This document shows positions 59,274-64,000 of a stretch of 64,000 nucleotides of DNA, piece by piece. The translations under genes and the position numbers were made by a program. The notes beneath the pieces are model-generated. The model did not search any database. It was not told the DNA's origin and saw only the letters and a list, made by a program, of their open reading frames with translations. Within the stretch, counting starts at the first letter, position 1; every line of letters begins with the position of its first letter. Source of the DNA: Deltaproteobacteria bacterium (GTDB lineage Bacteria > SAR324 > NAC60-12); the NCBI GenBank assembly GCA_018645085.1, contig JABGPG010000136.1, positions 10,603 through 74,602 on the forward strand, in the 5' to 3' direction.

Positions 59274-59648
59274 ATGACAAAAGAATCACTCGAACGTGCC
59301 TTAACTACATCGCTCACTCTTATGCTGGGTTTAGCAACGCTGGACCTTGCCTTGTTCATCTGGGCTGGAACGGCAGTGGTGACAGTTATTGCTCATGCAA
59401 TGTCGCTCTGGCTTTTTTTACGTTACCGTTTAGTTTTTGATCTGGTAAAACTTCTTGAGACTTCCGCTCTTTTGGTTGATTTGTACTTGATCAACATGTA
59501 CGGATACGCAGTAGTTTCCCCGGTTGCAACTCTTTTTGCTATCATTTATATTTCTCTCAATAAAGATTATCACCTCACTAAACTCAAAAACGATCTCGAT
59601 AAAGTGTTGGCTTCAAAACAGAAAGATGTTGAAAATGATGAAAAATGA
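59274..59648 (+). CDS. Hypothetical membrane protein
   Basis: Three to four hydrophobic segments; 9 nt after the VUT gene. Confidence 0.6.
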   Translation: MTKESLERALTTSLTLMLGLATLDLALFIWAGTAVVTVIAHAMSLWLFLRYRLVFDLVKLLETSALLVDLYLINMYGYAVVSPVATLFAIIYISLNKDYHLTKLKNDLDKVLASKQKDVENDEK

Positions 59649-59670
59649 AAAGAGAAGTAATCTATCTTAA

Positions 59671-60858
59671 ATGATGAATAATAATTCTGAAATAGCGGTT
59701 GTTGGTTTTGCCTCAGTAGGTCACACTCTCTGTCACTTACTCACCCTGCTTTTTCCCACTGTTCTTCTTGTTTTAGAAGTAGAAATGGATTTAAGCTTTA
59801 AGGAATTGGCTGCACTAGCTGTTCCAGCGGCATTTCTGTTTGGTGCTGGAGCTTTACCTGCAGGATGGCTTGGTGACAGATGGAGTAAAACCAGACTGTT
59901 AGAAATATATTTTTACGGAACAGGAGCTTTTACGATTCTAACGGGATTTGCAGAAACACCAATGATGCTGGCCTTTGGACTGGCCGGGATTGGATTATTT
60001 GCTTCAATCTACCATCCTGTAGGAATGTCATGGTTGGTTTCCAGGACATCCAAAACCGGTACTGCCCTTGGTTTTAACGGTCTGTTCGGAAGTTTAGGCT
60101 TTGTCCTCGCTCCACTTGTTGCAGGATCATTGACTGGATTGTGGAGTTGGCGCTTTGCGTTCATTGTTCCGGGAATTGTCTGTTTAATTGTCGGAATTCT
60201 TTTCAGTATTGCTTTGCGTACTTTTCTGGACGATACACAAAAGCCTGTGCAAAAAGCAGCTTATGAATCGAGTTCTACGAAAAACATTTGGATGACTTTT
60301 GGTTTGATGGGTACTGCACTTTTGCTCACAGGCATTTTTCACCAAATTGTACAGTTTTCACTACCTAAAGATTTTGACCTGCGTGTTCTCTTTACTTCAG
60401 GCTCACTGCTTGGTACAGGCTCGATGGTGGCACTGGTTTATGCTGCGGGAGCAATGGGGCAACTTCTGTGCGGCCGCCTGGCTGACCGTTATTCTGAGCG
60501 TCAACTGTATTTTGCTTTATTTTTATTCACTGTGCCAGCAGTCGCTTTGGCCAGTCAGCTTACAGAAATACCATTGGTTTTGAGCATGATGCTGGTCGTG
60601 TTTTTGAGTACAGGCGCACTTCCGGTAGAAAACACGTTACTTGTTCGATATGCTCCAAGTCATCGGCATGGGCTGGTTTTCGGCAGTAAATTTTTGTTAG
60701 GCTTTGGTTTTAGTGCATCAGGAATTTATTTGTCCGGCTGGATTTATGAACTCAGCGGAAGTTTCATTTGGCTTTACGGACTCTTGGTTTTGCTCGCGCT
60801 CGCAGTTGCTGTGATAGCATTTTTCCTCCCTGCGCAGCGTGTTCTTCAAACTGCCTGA
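59671..60858 (+). CDS. MFS transporter
   Basis: GWLGDRWS and GRLADRYS motif A, SIYHPVG; about 12 TM segments. Confidence 0.9.
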   Translation: MMNNNSEIAVVGFASVGHTLCHLLTLLFPTVLLVLEVEMDLSFKELAALAVPAAFLFGAGALPAGWLGDRWSKTRLLEIYFYGTGAFTILTGFAETPMMLAFGLAGIGLFASIYHPVGMSWLVSRTSKTGTALGFNGLFGSLGFVLAPLVAGSLTGLWSWRFAFIVPGIVCLIVGILFSIALRTFLDDTQKPVQKAAYESSSTKNIWMTFGLMGTALLLTGIFHQIVQFSLPKDFDLRVLFTSGSLLGTGSMVALVYAAGAMGQLLCGRLADRYSERQLYFALFLFTVPAVALASQLTEIPLVLSMMLVVFLSTGALPVENTLLVRYAPSHRHGLVFGSKFLLGFGFSASGIYLSGWIYELSGSFIWLYGLLVLLALAVAVIAFFLPAQRVLQTA

Positions 60859-60887
60859 CAGAAACCCCAAACATTACTTTCGGTATT

Positions 60888-61658
60888 TTGAGTCAACTAA
60901 TTAACGCTAAAAAACTGGAATCAGTTTGGCATGGACCTCCTCCTGAAGCAGCGCCAACCCTCGTCTTTTTGCATGAGGGTCTGGGCTGTGTTTCACTCTG
61001 GAAAGACTTTCCGCAAAAACTAGCAGACAAAACCGGTTGCGGTGCTTTGGTCTTCAGCAGGCTGGGTTACGGAAAATCCGCTTCGTGCGAACTTCCACGT
61101 GCACTGGATTTCATGCATCATGAAGCCCTGAGTGAACTTCCGGAAATTTTATCGCAGTATAAAATCCGTAAATATATTTTGGTAGGACATTCCGACGGTG
61201 CTTCGATTGCGTTAATTCATGCAGCTGAAAATTCTGCTCAAAACCTGCTTGGTATTGTCAATGAAGCACCGCACGTTTTTTGTGAACAACTGACTACGGA
61301 TTCCATCCAAAAAGTACAGCAATTATTTCTGTCCGGAAATCTGCGGGAACGTTTGGAGAAACATCACGGTGCAAATGTTGATTGCGCTTTCCACGGTTGG
61401 GCTGATGTTTGGCTTCATCCGGACTTTTCTGCCTGGAACATAGAAGAGTGTCTGCCGAAAATACGGGTTCCGCAATTAATTGTTCAGGGAAATGACGACG
61501 AATACGGTACTTCGGCACAAGTCGAAGCCATTGTCCGTCAAGCAGGCAGTAGTGTGGAAACATGTTTTCTGGACAACTGCGGACATTCTCCGCATCGAGA
61601 TCAGGAAATTCAAACTTTGGAAAGCATGTCTAAATTCGTCCGGAACTTGCTTGTTTGA
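60888..61658 (+). CDS. Alpha/beta hydrolase
   Basis: LVFLHEGLG, GHSDG nucleophile elbow, QG..DEYG, CGHSPH. Start uncertain (TTG). Confidence 0.88.
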   Translation: MSQLINAKKLESVWHGPPPEAAPTLVFLHEGLGCVSLWKDFPQKLADKTGCGALVFSRLGYGKSASCELPRALDFMHHEALSELPEILSQYKIRKYILVGHSDGASIALIHAAENSAQNLLGIVNEAPHVFCEQLTTDSIQKVQQLFLSGNLRERLEKHHGANVDCAFHGWADVWLHPDFSAWNIEECLPKIRVPQLIVQGNDDEYGTSAQVEAIVRQAGSSVETCFLDNCGHSPHRDQEIQTLESMSKFVRNLLV

Positions 61659-61800
61659 ACTAATACGCCGCTCCTAATCAGCCAAATCACTTGCATTTTA
61701 GCAGTGCAGGCTTTAATGTTAGCGGATATATTTTAGCTCCGGAATGCTGTTTTTACAAAAATGAATCCGGAAATAATTACCATAAAGCCAATTTTCAATT

Positions 61801-62259
61801 ATGCCTACCGTACTTTTGCTCAATGGACCTAATCTTAATTTGCTTGGTAGTCGTGAACCTGAAATTTATGGTTCAACGACTTTGACAGATGTTGAAGAGC
61901 AAGTCTCAACTGCACTTCGTGAACGTAAAATTGAGTGTGAAACTTTTCAGTCAAATTCTGAAGGAGAATTAATTGATTGGTTGCATCAGCAGCGTGATGC
62001 GGATTTTTTGCTTTTAAATCCTGGTGCCTTGACTCACACTAGTGTCGGGCTGAGGGATGCAGTGCTTGCTATTGAAATTCCTTTTCTGGAAATCCACCTT
62101 TCAAATGTGCATCAGCGTGAAGAATTTCGGCACCACTCTTATTTTTCCGATATCGCGATTGGGGTACTGGTTGGGCTTGGAGTAAAAGGTTATTTGCTGG
62201 CGACTCAGTTTGCAGCGGATTATCTTGAGCAAAAATCAATCTCTGCAGCCAATGCTTGA
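61801..62259 (+). CDS. aroQ: Type II 3-dehydroquinate dehydratase
   Basis: LNGPNLNLLG.REPEIYG, NPGALTHTS, EIHLSN..REEFRH. Confidence 0.97.
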   Translation: MPTVLLLNGPNLNLLGSREPEIYGSTTLTDVEEQVSTALRERKIECETFQSNSEGELIDWLHQQRDADFLLLNPGALTHTSVGLRDAVLAIEIPFLEIHLSNVHQREEFRHHSYFSDIAIGVLVGLGVKGYLLATQFAADYLEQKSISAANA

Positions 62260-62303
62260 TTCTCAATGATCAGCAGCCTGCTTCTCAGAATTATTTGCTC
62301 GTT

Positions 62304-63335
62304 ATGAGACTTTCTTCCACAACTTTTATTTTATTTTTCAACGTTTTGCTCGCAGGCACTGTCTCATTTATGGCAGGCTCGCTGCTCAGTACGTGGCTTC
62401 ATCATCAAGTCTTGTCTATTCCTGTTTTGTCTCCCAGAACATTCCAAATCGAAACTGCTAAACTGCCGGTCGATTCCGGAAAAGCACAAAAAGAATTTGC
62501 AGTAATTTTGGAACGCAATATCTTTAATGCGCAAAAAACGGAAATCGAATTGCCGCCAACTCTTCCTGAAGAGGAAATTATTATTGAGGAAACCACGGAT
62601 GGTGAAACAGTTGAACACACACGTTTAGCAATCGCACTTGCAGGTACCATGATTTACGGAGAGCAGAATTCATTTGCTTTTATCAGTAAAAAAGATAGTT
62701 TAAACAAATATTTGATTTATGGAATAGGTGAATGTTTTCACGCAAAAACAATTAAGCGTGACGAAGAATGTGCAGAAGAAAGCGTAAAAGTGTTGAAAAT
62801 CAAGGATCGCTGGGTTTTGATTCTTTATCAAGGTGAAAAACAAGCTTTGTGGATGGTCAGCGGGGATACTTCAGGAAAGTCGGCGCTAACTGCTACTCAA
62901 CCAAAAAAGGCAAAAGGCCAAACTGCTTCTGTACAGCAAACTGCTGCGATCGTTGTACCGCCACAGAAAAATGTTGTTGCAGAAAAAGCCATTATTCCTG
63001 CTTCTACTACTGACACAGGAAATACTTATCATTTTCAGCGGGTGTGGGTTGATGAACAACTGGCAAATTTCCAGCAACTGCTGAATGATGCGAGGGTTGT
63101 TCCGACCACAAAAGATGACAAACCTTATTTCATGTTTCAGTACATTAAAGAAGAAAGTATCTATGAAAAATTGGGACTGAAAAAAAATGACATCATTTTA
63201 GAAATAAACGGATTTGTTGTTGATTCAGTTGGAAAAGCACTCAAGTTATTGGAAGTTCTTCAATCAGAACGTGAGATTTCCCTCAAGGTGGAAAGGGAGG
63301 GTAATGCGGTACAATTCCATTACTACATTGATTGA
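62304..63335 (+). CDS. gspC: Type II secretion system protein C-like (TM, HR domain, PDZ)
   Basis: TM segment, ILERNIF, LAGTM, then LLNDARVVP...SIYEKLGLKKNDIILEING PDZ. Confidence 0.75.
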   Translation: MRLSSTTFILFFNVLLAGTVSFMAGSLLSTWLHHQVLSIPVLSPRTFQIETAKLPVDSGKAQKEFAVILERNIFNAQKTEIELPPTLPEEEIIIEETTDGETVEHTRLAIALAGTMIYGEQNSFAFISKKDSLNKYLIYGIGECFHAKTIKRDEECAEESVKVLKIKDRWVLILYQGEKQALWMVSGDTSGKSALTATQPKKAKGQTASVQQTAAIVVPPQKNVVAEKAIIPASTTDTGNTYHFQRVWVDEQLANFQQLLNDARVVPTTKDDKPYFMFQYIKEESIYEKLGLKKNDIILEINGFVVDSVGKALKLLEVLQSEREISLKVEREGNAVQFHYYID

Positions 63336-63377
63336 GCGTGCTAACTGCTAATCGCTAACAAATGGGTATCTTGCAGA

Positions 63378-64000
63378 ATGTTGTTCAAATGGTACAAAAC
63401 CGGTTTACTCGAATTTGCAACACTGCTGGCTGCACTGCTTTGGATTTTCTCCCGTTATCAACACACCCTTAATCAGCTTCACCCTGAATGGATCTTGCTG
63501 GCAGTTGTCTTAGCTGTTTTTTGGTGCCTGCGGCATAACTTATATCTTCCCTTTTTTTTACTTCTTTTGATTGCAGCAATTCTCCTGCACCAATGGTTAG
63601 TTGTGCTTCCCTCAAGTGTGAACTGGCTGAAGCAGGAAATTTCAGCGGAATCAACAATTATGCTCAACGGCAGGATTCAGCAACGAATCCTCAAAGAAGA
63701 TACTGTCCGTCTGCAACTGAGTTCAGTGGAACTGAGCAAAGGCGAAAAAAAGCTGCATCTTCCGGAAGCAGTTTTATACTTTCCAAAAAAACGTCGCAGA
63801 ATTTATAATTTTTATCGTGGACGTCATTTACAGGTCATCGGCCAATTGAGTGAAGTCAGCATTGATAAGAATCGTTTGAATTTAGGTTTTGCAGATTTTC
63901 GTTATCGTAACGCCATTTATCCGCAATCCGAACTCTTCCGCAAAAGAAACAGTTGGGTACGGCAATTAACAGACAGGGCGGAGTTTCACCTTTCCAGTCA
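63378..64000 (+). CDS. 3'-partial membrane protein, possibly a ComEC/Rec2 N-terminal region
   Basis: Frame open from ATG 63378 to the edge: MLFKWYKTGLLEF..., two or three TMs, then an OB-like beta region (LNGRIQQR...LQVIGQL). The diagnostic competence domain would lie outside the window. Confidence 0.45.
   Translation, partial: MLFKWYKTGLLEFATLLAALLWIFSRYQHTLNQLHPEWILLAVVLAVFWCLRHNLYLPFFLLLLIAAILLHQWLVVLPSSVNWLKQEISAESTIMLNGRIQQRILKEDTVRLQLSSVELSKGEKKLHLPEAVLYFPKKRRRIYNFYRGRHLQVIGQLSEVSIDKNRLNLGFADFRYRNAIYPQSELFRKRNSWVRQLTDRAEFHLSS

Overview
A gene-dense, roughly 40-42% GC bacterial chromosomal window (GC estimated by eye). Gene content and protein style suggest a marine deltaproteobacterium, possibly SAR324; this is inference, not a database result. 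Most genes are housekeeping or metabolic: an aromatic-catabolism tail (VOC, FAH, maiA), a CitA/CitB-type two-component system with matB, trpBA, mutS, coaD, lptB-rpoN-pspA-rpsU, ccmB, tRNA-Gln, a MaoC/CaiB/XRE acyl-CoA cluster, lptD, yggS, ispG, dgt, infA, argS, mtnN, murG, a long RelA/SpoT homologue, fliN/fliM-like genes, gshA, folC, hflC, prmA, aroQ, gspC and a partial ComEC-like gene. I saw no integrase, transposase or CRISPR array. Signals not explained by the ORF track: (1) the palindrome TCCGGA occurs about 100 times by hand count, roughly ten times expectation, in all reading frames, resembling a HIP-like iterated palindrome; (2) two UGA-recoded selenoprotein genes with SECIS-like hairpins (SelW/Rdx CxxU; stand-alone PrdB/GrdB-like UxxC); (3) an operon of DUF2851 plus three paralogous TPR-tailed lipoproteins; (4) a structured, unassigned RNA element at about 53.0-53.2 kb; (5) several enzymes with degenerate active sites and several orphan subunits of multi-gene machines.
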